A stretch of DNA of 63,454 nucleotides, counting the filler. It is 5 parts of 5 records of this genome, joined end to end, with 100 filler letters (N's around TTAATTAATTAA, not from the genome) between each part and the next. Parts side by side here need not be neighbours in the genome. Positions count along the whole stretch, not along the records: positions 25,402 to 32,909 come from SRR20825006_2240; positions 33,010 to 38,214 come from SRR20825006_2241; positions 38,315 to 53,243 come from SRR20825006_2247; 2 more parts are not named here. One strand, given 5' to 3'. Below are positions 31,751 through 40,207 of this stretch, piece after piece. Every line of letters begins with the position of its first letter. The first letter of the stretch is position 1. The position numbers were made by a program, and so were the translations under genes. The notes beneath the pieces are model-generated. The model saw nothing but the letters and a program-made list of their open reading frames with translations. It made no database searches and had not been told where the DNA came from.

Positions 31751-32508
31751 GTTCGGAGACGACGGAGACCTGTGACGCGTTTTTGGGCGGGCGGGTGCAG
31801 CTTTACCAACCGGCAGACGGCTATCGCGCCGGTGTCGATCCGGTTATGTTGGCGGCGGCGACGCCTGCGCAGCCCGGACAGCATGTGTTGGAATTGGGCT
31901 GTGGGGCAGGGGCCGCGTTGCTGTGCTTGCATGCGCGCGTTGCGGGGCTGTCGCTGACCGGGGTTGAGATGCAGCCGATGTATGCCGATCTGGCCCGACG
32001 CAATGCGGCTCTGAACGGTGCCGATATGAGGGTTGTGGAGGCCGATTTGCGGCATCTGCCGCCGGATATAAAGACGCGCGGATTTGATCATGTGATGGCC
32101 AATCCGCCTTATTATGATCGCGCCCGTTCGACGTCTTCTCTCAATGCCGGGCGGGATATGGCCCTTGCAGGTGACACGCCGCTGAGCGATTGGATTGACG
32201 TGGCCGCGAAACGGCTTGCGCCCAAAGGCTATCTGACGATGATCCAAAAGGCGGATCGCCTCCCGGACATCTTGACACCGCTGATGGCACGGCTTGGCTC
32301 TGTACGGGTGCGTGCCATTCAGCCGCGTGTGGGGCGTGTGGCCGAGTTGGTGATTGTTCAGGCGCGCAAGGGCGGGCGGGCGGCGTTTGTGATGGAGCCG
32401 CCGCTGATCATGCATGAGGGCGAGCGACATCTGCGCGATGGTGAAAGCTACACGGCTCAGGTGTTAACCATTTTGCGCGAAGGCGGGGATTTGCCCTGGG
32501 GGCATTAA
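31747..32508 (+). CDS. Class I methyltransferase, tRNA1(Val) A37 N6-methyltransferase-like
   Basis: GYRAGVDP, LELGCGAG, NPPY. Confidence 0.88.
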   Translation: MSSETTETCDAFLGGRVQLYQPADGYRAGVDPVMLAAATPAQPGQHVLELGCGAGAALLCLHARVAGLSLTGVEMQPMYADLARRNAALNGADMRVVEADLRHLPPDIKTRGFDHVMANPPYYDRARSTSSLNAGRDMALAGDTPLSDWIDVAAKRLAPKGYLTMIQKADRLPDILTPLMARLGSVRVRAIQPRVGRVAELVIVQARKGGRAAFVMEPPLIMHEGERHLRDGESYTAQVLTILREGGDLPWGH

Positions 32509-32645
32509 TCCTTTGGCAATATTTCGCGCGCAACCCTGAGCGCGTCATTTTGTTCCAAAACAAACCCGTGACACGACTCAAAATCTATGGTGCACTTGTT
32601 ACATAGCTTTTACATTGAAGCTAAATCAAACAGAGAGGAGAAGAC

Positions 32646-32813
32646 ATGAGCTTGGTTTCCCATATTGAGGAATTGAAGAAAAAGCACAAATCCCTCTCCG
32701 AAGCCGTCGAAATCGCGCAACGCTCCCCAAGCGCAGACGACCTTCGGATCGCAGACCTGAAAAAGCAAAAACTCCGGATCAAGGAAGAGATCGCGCGTTT
32801 GAGCACGACCTAA
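32646..32813 (+). CDS. Small coiled-coil protein (DUF465/YdcH-like), 55 aa, absent from ORF track
   Basis: GAGGAG RBS; MSLVSHIEELKKKHKSLSEAVEIAQRSPSADDLRIADLKKQKLRIKEEIARLSTT. Confidence 0.88.
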   Translation: MSLVSHIEELKKKHKSLSEAVEIAQRSPSADDLRIADLKKQKLRIKEEIARLSTT

Positions 32814-32909
32814 AACGTTATTAAAGCGTCACACCTTTCACCTGAGACAGGGAAAAAGTGTGACGCTGTCAGACATATTAATGTTGTGGGCGTTCCGCCA
32901 TAAACCCGT

Positions 32910-33009
32910 NNNNNNNNNNNNNNNNNNNNNNNNNNNNNNNNNNNNNNNNNNNNTTAATTAATTAANNNNNNNNNNNNNNNNNNNNNNNNNNNNNNNNNNN
33001 NNNNNNNNN
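32910..33009. other. Artificial contig spacer
   Basis: N44-TTAATTAATTAA-N44. Confidence 0.99.
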
Positions 33010-33010
33010 T

Positions 33011-33037
33011 CGTCACTCCCGCGAAGGCGGGAGTCCA
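33011..33037 (+). repeat. REP-like palindromic element at contig start
   Basis: CGTCACTCCCGCGAAGGCGGGAGTCCA: ACTCCCGC-GAAG-GCGGGAGT hairpin, similar to the widespread GTCATTCCCGCGAAGGCGGGAATCCA repeat. Confidence 0.75.
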
Positions 33038-33248
33038 TGCCGCCCCGCGCTCCCACGCGGGATCGACCCCATCGTCCCACAAAATAGCCTCAAACCCCGC
33101 CAATACTCCGGCCGCAATTCAACCAACAGGTCAAAGATTTACGGAACAAAACCCGGTCCCACCGGTTTTACAAAGACAGGTTTTCAAAGAACGGCCAAAC
33201 CTGCACCATGCCGCCCACTGACCCGCCCGCAACAGCAGAGGATTTCCC

Positions 33249-33860
33249 ATGTTCCATCGCGAAAACATCTGCCGCCAGAAATCAAATGCCACCGCCATTC
33301 CCACCACCACCAATGCCAATGATGCCCGCCACATGGCACTGGCGACTGCCGCCACGGCAGCACTTCTCGCCCTTGGTGCGGCGATGGCACTTGTGCCCGG
33401 CCATGCGAGGGCGGGCGAGGAAGCCCAATCAAGCTTTATCAATACAAACGGCGAGGAAATCGGGACGTTGACGGTCAATGGCGTGCCGGATGCCGCGATC
33501 CTGAAGATCGAGCTTCGCGACCTTCCTCCCGGACAGTGGGTGGCGTTTCATATCCATGAAAACGGGGAATGCGATGCGAAAGGAGGCTTTAAATCCGCTG
33601 GCGGCCATTTCAACCCAACCAACAAATCCCACGGCCACGAATTTGCCGACGGCCCGCATGCGGGCGACATGATGAACCAGTATGTCAATGACAAGGGCGA
33701 ACTTTACGCCCAGATTCTCAATAACGCCGTGCGCTTTGATGGCACCGGCGAAACCGACATTCACGGCAAGGCCGTCATCATCCATGCCGGCGCCGACGAC
33801 TATAAATCCCAGCCCTCAGGTGATGCCGGGGATCGGATTGCTTGTGCGGTGATTGAATGA
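33249..33860 (+). CDS. sodC: Periplasmic Cu/Zn superoxide dismutase
   Basis: FHIHENGEC, GGHFNP, HG...HAGD, IIHAGADD, GDRIACAVI; hydrophobic signal region. Confidence 0.93.
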   Translation: MFHRENICRQKSNATAIPTTTNANDARHMALATAATAALLALGAAMALVPGHARAGEEAQSSFINTNGEEIGTLTVNGVPDAAILKIELRDLPPGQWVAFHIHENGECDAKGGFKSAGGHFNPTNKSHGHEFADGPHAGDMMNQYVNDKGELYAQILNNAVRFDGTGETDIHGKAVIIHAGADDYKSQPSGDAGDRIACAVIE

Positions 33861-33977
33861 ACCCCCTTTGGTCAGATAGAGATTAATCTTGTCTGGCCTG
33901 GAAAATAACAATTTCAGTTAATCTTCGGTAAGTGCACAAGTAAATCATCGCATACTGAGAAAATTATTTTCAACCTA

Positions 33978-35885
33978 CTAAATCAACCTGAGGCTCTGCT
34001 CATCCCTTGAGGAATATTTCCCAACAAACAATTCTTCGTTAAGCTCAGGAGAAGGCATCGAGGTTGCTAAAATAAACTGGTGATCAACTTCTGATTCATT
34101 CGAAATATTAACCACCTGATTTTGGAAATTATAGGTTCTTACAACCTCCATTCCTTTATCCTCTGTAATATCAATCAACAGAAATCTGAGATGTCGGAAG
34201 TAAGATTTCTTCAATGCTGCAGCCATCATTCCAACTAAAAAACTACTCTTCAGTATCACCCTAGAACTTGCCGAAAAATATTGCTTTCCATCAACTGTCA
34301 ATTCGTTCTTAGCGAAAGAAAAATATACGGATTGAGGATTTTCAAATGCGTCTTCTCTCAACAAATCTTTTTTGAGAAGATCAATCACCTCATCAGCAAC
34401 ATCCTTGTAGGATTTCTGCAGCCTAGCAGCCTGTTCTGCCTTAATTTTTTCGATTGAAGTCGTCAGAGATTCAACTTCACCACGAAGGCGCTCTTTCGCT
34501 TCAGTAAGTGACGTTACTTTCTCTGCTAATTTTCGTTTGTTAGCTACGTCATCAATCTGGTGATCTACATAGCCAATTTTCTTGTGCAGTTCTCTAAGAT
34601 GGTCACGTTTCTCTGAAGATGGAAGAACCTGCAATGACTGCAAACGTTTAGAAGAAGTTCTCCACTTATTTCTAAGAATATCACGAGATTCTTTTAACTC
34701 TTCAATTTTAGTCAATCTTTTTGATTGAAGTATTTCAGATTGCCTCAACTGAATTGCGGTTTCGTTTATTATACCAACAATTCTCTCTTGCGCCCTTTCT
34801 TTATCAAAAGGCGCCTTACACAAGCTGCAGCATGCGATACCATCATTCTCGTGAATCTCCGCATGACACGCAGGGCAACTTCCAAATTTCACCTCCGTGA
34901 TATATTTCGCAACTTCTCCAGACTGCTGTAGAGCACTAATTTTATCTTTCAAAAAATTGATGTATTGCTGAGAATCAGCATAATCCAATTCAACACTTGA
35001 GATACTATCATCCACATTCTTCAACTCAGATTGCAGACCTGTCACGATTTTGAATTCTTTTTGGTAAGCACTAAGAGTGATTTTATCTTCGTTTTCGCTA
35101 TTATAAAGAGCCTCTTCCGCAACATTGATTTCAGCAGAAATCTTATCGCGCTTCTCCTCAAGAGCAGTGGCTTGAGCCATCACTGTTTCCAAACTAAAGC
35201 TCTGCCCAGCGCCCCCCAACAGAAGAATGATACTTCTAAGTTCTGCGCTCGCTAACTGATATTCTTTTTCTTTCCTTTTTAGTGTAAGCTGAAGATCATA
35301 TATTTTCTCATCAAAGGCACCGCAGATAAGGTTGCCTACCGCCTCTCTATTTTGCGGAAAGTCTATCCCATCCTGATAAAATAAATCATCTACTGGACTT
35401 AGCTGATCAGCGTATAGCAACCGCAAAACTTGATGCATTGTAACGCTCCCAGTTGACTCAAGGGCAACATCTGGCATCTCGAGCAAACGGAACATTACTT
35501 GAGAGAAACTCTCTTTGCCTTGACTACGCCTGTATGGATACCTCTTCCAATCATCTGGCGGCGCAGACATCGCGTCAGCAAACGAGCCACCAAACATATC
35601 TACCGGTGCATTCGAACCCTCGTCAACATAACGCCTTAACGTAACCGCCTTTCCATTGACCTCAACTTCGGCAACACAATGACTACATCTCAAAGCAGCC
35701 TCACTCCAATGAACAAGGCTGCCACCAAGCGCAAAAAAAATGAAATTCAGAATCGTAGATTTTCCAGAGGAGTTAGCTCCTCTAATGACATTAACCCCTG
35801 AATGGAAATTTTCATCGTATGCAACATAGCTTCCAGAATAAATAGCAAGCCTTTTCAAAATAAGCGTCGGCTTAAATAAGGTCAT
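33978..35885 (-). CDS. SMC/Rad50-like ABC ATPase (LmuB-like, Lamassu/ABC-three-component system)
   Basis: Walker A GANSSGKST, YADQ Q-loop, long coiled coils around CPAC/CSLC hook, signature-like FSASS, Walker B FLLID. Confidence 0.88.
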   Translation of the reverse strand: MTLFKPTLILKRLAIYSGSYVAYDENFHSGVNVIRGANSSGKSTILNFIFFALGGSLVHWSEAALRCSHCVAEVEVNGKAVTLRRYVDEGSNAPVDMFGGSFADAMSAPPDDWKRYPYRRSQGKESFSQVMFRLLEMPDVALESTGSVTMHQVLRLLYADQLSPVDDLFYQDGIDFPQNREAVGNLICGAFDEKIYDLQLTLKRKEKEYQLASAELRSIILLLGGAGQSFSLETVMAQATALEEKRDKISAEINVAEEALYNSENEDKITLSAYQKEFKIVTGLQSELKNVDDSISSVELDYADSQQYINFLKDKISALQQSGEVAKYITEVKFGSCPACHAEIHENDGIACCSLCKAPFDKERAQERIVGIINETAIQLRQSEILQSKRLTKIEELKESRDILRNKWRTSSKRLQSLQVLPSSEKRDHLRELHKKIGYVDHQIDDVANKRKLAEKVTSLTEAKERLRGEVESLTTSIEKIKAEQAARLQKSYKDVADEVIDLLKKDLLREDAFENPQSVYFSFAKNELTVDGKQYFSASSRVILKSSFLVGMMAAALKKSYFRHLRFLLIDITEDKGMEVVRTYNFQNQVVNISNESEVDHQFILATSMPSPELNEELFVGKYSSRDEQSLRLI

Positions 35886-36384
35886 ACTTGTACTCCATAA
35901 GACCGGATCGCGATTTTATTCCGTTTTCACCATTTAATTTATAGTGATCATATATATATTTTACTGCAGAAACCTGCTCTTCATTCTCCAAGTTTACCTT
36001 GGAACATAATTCATGAATTTCTCTTGGCGGCTCCTTTTCGGAAAACTCTACCACTCCATTTTCTAGAGCCGATGAGTTCAAATACTCATTCGCCGCAAGC
36101 GTCGTGAGCGCAGCCCTTTGTATAGCAATCATTTTACTAAAAATAGTATATGGACTCGGAGTACAACCATAAGGCCTTCTCCATTTTTTCGCTAAAGCCC
36201 TCAACCATTTATCTTCATTCCTTAGTCTTATATCCGAGACAAAGAATGGAAACAAAATATAGAAATCTCTAATTTGAAAATATTCAACACGGATATTTTC
36301 TTCATTCCGGAATATTTCCCTCTGCCGGAACATCCGAAACATTGTGTGATAACTGTCATATGCTTCTTCATAAGTGATATGCAT
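35872..36384 (-). CDS. ABC-3C middle component (LmuC-like), 170 aa
   Basis: MHITYEEAYDSYHTMFRM..DFYILFP..GENGIKSRSGLMEYKYD resembles ABC-3C middle components (MC5-like from memory); starts 1 nt after the upstream stop and overlaps the ATPase start by 14 nt. Confidence 0.78.
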   Translation of the reverse strand: MHITYEEAYDSYHTMFRMFRQREIFRNEENIRVEYFQIRDFYILFPFFVSDIRLRNEDKWLRALAKKWRRPYGCTPSPYTIFSKMIAIQRAALTTLAANEYLNSSALENGVVEFSEKEPPREIHELCSKVNLENEEQVSAVKYIYDHYKLNGENGIKSRSGLMEYKYDLI

Positions 36385-36385
36385 T

Positions 36386-36946
36386 TTATCGATGCCACCT
36401 GATAAAGCATTGCTCGGCAAGCCAATAGACCATTCCAATCACATGATTGTGAGAAACATAGAAATTGTCCGAGACACAATCTCCAACTATTGGATTGACA
36501 ATGCGATCCAGAACCAATCTGTTAATTTCAGATTCACTAATATTATTTATTTCTGGGTATATAACAGAGTTAAACTCATTCTCTGCCTTCGCCAAAAATC
36601 GAACAAATATCTGTTGAGCTGTAGAGTACATGGAGAATCTATAAAGTAATTTTGAGAACATCTCTTTTTTCTCAATTGCATCTAGATAAACATGAGACAT
36701 ACCAGCAGCATTCAATTTATTCTCAAGACCATCAATTCCATCAACCGACCTCCTAGAATAATATCTAACGAGCTCATCCATCGTCTCACTTACTGTATCA
36801 TTCTGATTTATTTGCTCATCCAGATGCTTCAGCAATTTCTCAATTGCACTTTGAGGATAGGTATTTACTACATAACTCTTGTTTATATCTCTACCAGCCA
36901 TATCTCTGGCAGATGATGCTCTCCGCTGATCGGTGTGGTTGCTCAT
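36386..36946 (-). CDS. ABC-3C C-terminal-domain protein (LmuA-like) with only a short N-terminal extension
   Basis: 186 aa helical protein, GLENKL..KKEMF..AQQIF..GMVYWLAEQCFIRW ending typical of ABC-3C CTDs; occupies the lmuA position. Confidence 0.72.
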   Translation of the reverse strand: MSNHTDQRRASSARDMAGRDINKSYVVNTYPQSAIEKLLKHLDEQINQNDTVSETMDELVRYYSRRSVDGIDGLENKLNAAGMSHVYLDAIEKKEMFSKLLYRFSMYSTAQQIFVRFLAKAENEFNSVIYPEINNISESEINRLVLDRIVNPIVGDCVSDNFYVSHNHVIGMVYWLAEQCFIRWHR

Positions 36947-37131
36947 GCCTTCGTCGTCTTATCTCTGCCCACAATATCACCACCCGATTGGGCACCAGAT
37001 TGGTCTACATTGCTTCCTTCGCTTTTTGCGCTAAATCGTTTCTTCAATTTGAAATAGCTGATAGAGCAACCTGCTGCTCCACCACCTAATACCCCTAAAA
37101 TTAGGCTTGTAAGATCGAACGAGAAGTCCAT
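36943..37131 (-). CDS. 62-aa single-pass membrane protein with glycine zipper and polar C-terminal motif
   Basis: ATGA overlap with the next gene, GGGGTGG upstream of ATG, hydrophobic residues ~5-27 followed by KLKKR, C-terminal motif shared with the next gene. Confidence 0.75.
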   Translation of the reverse strand: MDFSFDLTSLILGVLGGGAAGCSISYFKLKKRFSAKSEGSNVDQSGAQSGGDIVGRDKTTKA

Positions 37132-37243
37132 ACCGCCACCCCAAATCCTTAAAATTCTGCCTGCTTGCTCAATCTATATTAGCATTTACAACATGAACAC
37201 TCCTCATAAGGATAGGCGACACCTCCTCTAAAGAGACAAGAGT

Positions 37244-38107
37244 ATGCAAACATGGCACCACCTCTCCCCAGACTGGCTGAACTGGGCTGATCAACTCGCC
37301 CCCGCAGCACAGAAGATCAACCGGCATCTGATCGACGCACTCGATCTGCCGGCTTTGACGCGTGCCGCCGACGGGCGGGACTTGGCCGTGCTTGATCTGG
37401 CGTCCGGGGTTGGGGAACCGGCATTCGGGATTGCGCAGATGCTAGCCGATGCCGGAGATAATGGTGATGGTGATCCCGCCCTGCACGGCCAAGTGATCGC
37501 ATCTGATATCGTGCCGGGCATGTGTGCCGGACTGGCCGAACGCGCCGGGGCGGAAGGGATTGGCAATCTGTCGGTGGTTGCGGCCGACATGGAAAAGCTG
37601 CCCTTTGGAACGGGCACGATGGATGCGGTTTCGTGCCGGTTTGGCGTGATGTTCTGCCATGATCCCGATGCCGCCCTTGGCGAGGCCAACCGGGTGTTGC
37701 GCTTTGGGGGCCGGGCGGCTTTCATGTTGTGGGCACCGCTGGTCGATAATCCGCTATTTAGCGCCATGGATGGGGTTCTGGGTAATATGCTGGGGACCGG
37801 GTTTGCCGATGCCGGGCTTGATCTGTTTGGCTTTGCCGATCCCACGTCCGCCACCGCGCACATGGCACGCGCCGGGTTTGGTGATGTCACCCTCACCACC
37901 CACAGCCCCGCCGGGCGCATCCCGGAACGTGCAGCATTCTGGAAGCCGCAGATGGAAATGCTGTTTGGTCCGCAATTGCGTGCCGCCACGGATGCGGAAC
38001 GCGGGGCGATTGATGCCGCGATGTTCGAAGCACTGCGTCCCTATGTGACGGACGGGCATTTTCAGGTTCCGATTTGTTTTCATGTACTTGCCGGGGTGAA
38101 GGGGTAA
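37244..38107 (+). CDS. Class I SAM-dependent methyltransferase
   Basis: VLDLASGVGEP, ADMEKLPF, CRFGVMF, RVLRFGG. Confidence 0.9.
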   Translation: MQTWHHLSPDWLNWADQLAPAAQKINRHLIDALDLPALTRAADGRDLAVLDLASGVGEPAFGIAQMLADAGDNGDGDPALHGQVIASDIVPGMCAGLAERAGAEGIGNLSVVAADMEKLPFGTGTMDAVSCRFGVMFCHDPDAALGEANRVLRFGGRAAFMLWAPLVDNPLFSAMDGVLGNMLGTGFADAGLDLFGFADPTSATAHMARAGFGDVTLTTHSPAGRIPERAAFWKPQMEMLFGPQLRAATDAERGAIDAAMFEALRPYVTDGHFQVPICFHVLAGVKG

Positions 38108-38214
38108 GACCGCCCCCAAAAGCGGCGTTTTTCCCTTGATTTCCGCAAACCTTCGTGTCAAACCGCGCGCCTTGGAAGGGATGTTTCCTTCCCCTGTCGT
38201 AGCACCAGGTTAAA

Positions 38215-38314
38215 NNNNNNNNNNNNNNNNNNNNNNNNNNNNNNNNNNNNNNNNNNNNTTAATTAATTAANNNNNNNNNNNNNNNNNNNNNNNNNNNNNN
38301 NNNNNNNNNNNNNN
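38215..38314. other. Artificial contig spacer
   Basis: N44-TTAATTAATTAA-N44. Confidence 0.99.
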
Positions 38315-38363
38315 AAGATTATATAATCTTCGGGGTTGTTTTTTGTAAATAAAGCTGAAGCTT

Positions 38364-38477
38364 AAATCTTCATTGAGGGTTTTATTCCCAGAGCCTGTCC
38401 TATGTTTGCCGAAGGCTCTACGTCGAAGAGGATTAAATTATTTCCCTTTGAATACCTCGCAGGCCTGCCTTGAGGTA
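38364..38477 (+). repeat. Intergenic REP-like composite repeat
   Basis: ATTCCCAGAGCCTGTCCTATGTTTGCCGAAGGCTC is similar to 53207-53243; followed by hairpin TACCTC-GCAGGCCTGC-CTT-GAGGTA. Confidence 0.7.
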
Positions 38478-38484
38478 GTTTATT

Positions 38485-39600
38485 TTATTCTTGGATACCA
38501 ACCATTTCTAAATCGAATACCAAGTCAGTATTTGGAGCAATAGGCCCATATCCAGCTTCTCCATACGCTAAATAGGAAGGGATAAATAACCTAACTTTAT
38601 CTCCAACTTTTAACATCATTAATCCTTCTTTGAATCCAGGAATTATAGTTGCATCTGGACTGATAGGCATTGGAGCAGGTTGGTACATTCCTCGGTCTCT
38701 TTTTGCGGGATTTACGTTGCCAAATTTCTCGGCAATTTCTAAAGAGCTTGTGTCAAAAACATTTCCATCTTCAAAATACCCAGTATATTCTACAAGAGCA
38801 GTTTTTCCTACTTTAGGTTTTTCTCCATCCCCTTCTTTAATCATAAGATATTTTAGTCCAGAATCTGCAGTTTCTGCTTTTTCTTTTTGAGCAGCAAACT
38901 CGGCAGCGATATCACTTTTAGTTTTTTCGATTGCCTTTTTGGCTTCGGCAGCTTCAGCAAAAGAAGCAGCAAATACTTTAGCAGCATCAAAACCTTTAGC
39001 GTCTTTTCCGTTTCTAATAATCTCAATATGCTTAATTATTACAGAATCAATTGGTCTATCTCTCGTCATTGGATCTTGAGAGGTTTTTACATTTGCAATG
39101 GTATCTACAACAGCTAAACCTTCTACAACTTCTCCAAAAACAGTATGCTTTCCATTTAAGAAAGGAGTTTCTTTATGGGTAATAAAAAACTGACTCCCAT
39201 TTGTTTTAGGACCTGCATTCGCCATAGAAAGGATTCCCTTTTTATCGTGTTTTAAAGAATCTACAAATTCATCTTTAAATTTGTAGCCTGGATTTCCACT
39301 TCCTGTTCCAGTTGGATCTCCTCCTTGAATCATAAAATCCTTTATAACTCTGTGGAAAATAACGCCATCATAATAAGGTTTTCCTTTTAAAGAATCTATA
39401 ACGTAAGTGTTTGTTCCTTCAGCTAAACTAACAAAATTACCTACAGTAACTGGGGTTTGTTTATAGAAAAGCTTAACTACCATATCTCCTTTGTTGGTTT
39501 GAATATCTGCATATAAACCATCTCCTAAGTCAGGGTATTTAGAGGTAGAGCACGAAACTAGTACGGCAGCTAGGATAAAAATGAAACTTAATTTTTTCAT
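38485..39600 (-). CDS. Lipoprotein peptidyl-prolyl isomerase with cyclophilin and FKBP domains
   Basis: Lipobox [35 protein letters not shown]-terminal [16 protein letters not shown]. Confidence 0.93.
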   Translation of the reverse strand: MKKLSFIFILAAVLVSCSTSKYPDLGDGLYADIQTNKGDMVVKLFYKQTPVTVGNFVSLAEGTNTYVIDSLKGKPYYDGVIFHRVIKDFMIQGGDPTGTGSGNPGYKFKDEFVDSLKHDKKGILSMANAGPKTNGSQFFITHKETPFLNGKHTVFGEVVEGLAVVDTIANVKTSQDPMTRDRPIDSVIIKHIEIIRNGKDAKGFDAAKVFAASFAEAAEAKKAIEKTKSDIAAEFAAQKEKAETADSGLKYLMIKEGDGEKPKVGKTALVEYTGYFEDGNVFDTSSLEIAEKFGNVNPAKRDRGMYQPAPMPISPDATIIPGFKEGLMMLKVGDKVRLFIPSYLAYGEAGYGPIAPNTDLVFDLEMVGIQE

Positions 39601-39634
39601 TGTATACATATTAAAATTGATTGTTTTATTATAA

Positions 39635-40207
39635 TTATTCTTTTGAAGTAGTATTTGTGCTATCAATAGCTTTTTGATCGATATCCAATAATGTAATTGT
39701 ACTTTTTATGGTCTGATTAGTACCTACTTTATCATCATCTCCATGGTAGCCATAAGCTAAGGAAGATGGGAATAAAAAAGTGGCTTTTTCTCCCTTTTTT
39801 AATAATTTAACAGCTGTTCTTAAACCAGGGAAATAGTCTTCTTTGTCTACTTTAAAGTCTACAATTCCAATTTCTTGGCTAGAATAAATAGTATCTTCGG
39901 CAAGGGTGCGAATATCATAGTTTATTTTAACAACATCTCCTTCTTTTGGAAGGTAGCTTTGTGTGGAATCTCTAGTTATAAAATAATAAGAATATCCATT
40001 GGAAGAAGAGTGGTATTTATTTAAAGAATCTATTTTGATTATACTATCTATTAAAGATTCTTCATATTCTAAAAGGCCTTTATTTCTTTCAATAGAAGCT
40101 CTCATAAACGACCCCGATTTTACACTTACTGGTCTCCGGGCTTCGGGTTGTTTGCAGGCCATAAATAATAATACAATGGCAAGTAATGGGACGTAGGTTT
40201 TTATCAT
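39635..40207 (-). CDS. gldI: Gliding motility lipoprotein, FKBP-type PPIase
   Basis: Lipobox [23 protein letters not shown]; position between DHH and PPIase genes. Confidence 0.88.
   Translation of the reverse strand: MIKTYVPLLAIVLLFMACKQPEARRPVSVKSGSFMRASIERNKGLLEYEESLIDSIIKIDSLNKYHSSSNGYSYYFITRDSTQSYLPKEGDVVKINYDIRTLAEDTIYSSQEIGIVDFKVDKEDYFPGLRTAVKLLKKGEKATFLFPSSLAYGYHGDDDKVGTNQTIKSTITLLDIDQKAIDSTNTTSKE

Noticed and set aside
26065-32430. Many long antisense and overlapping ORFs in contig 2 (also 37291-37989)
   Set aside because: Shadow ORFs expected opposite real genes in GC-rich DNA.
36385-36438. 18-codon N-terminal extension of the middle component in the ORF track
   Set aside because: Overlaps the upstream gene's conserved C-terminus; the ATG at 36384 directly follows its stop and is the better start.
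38174-38214. Hairpin GGAAGG...CCTTCC at the end of contig 3 as a possible riboswitch or leader
   Set aside because: Truncated by the gap; no diagnostic aptamer motif visible.
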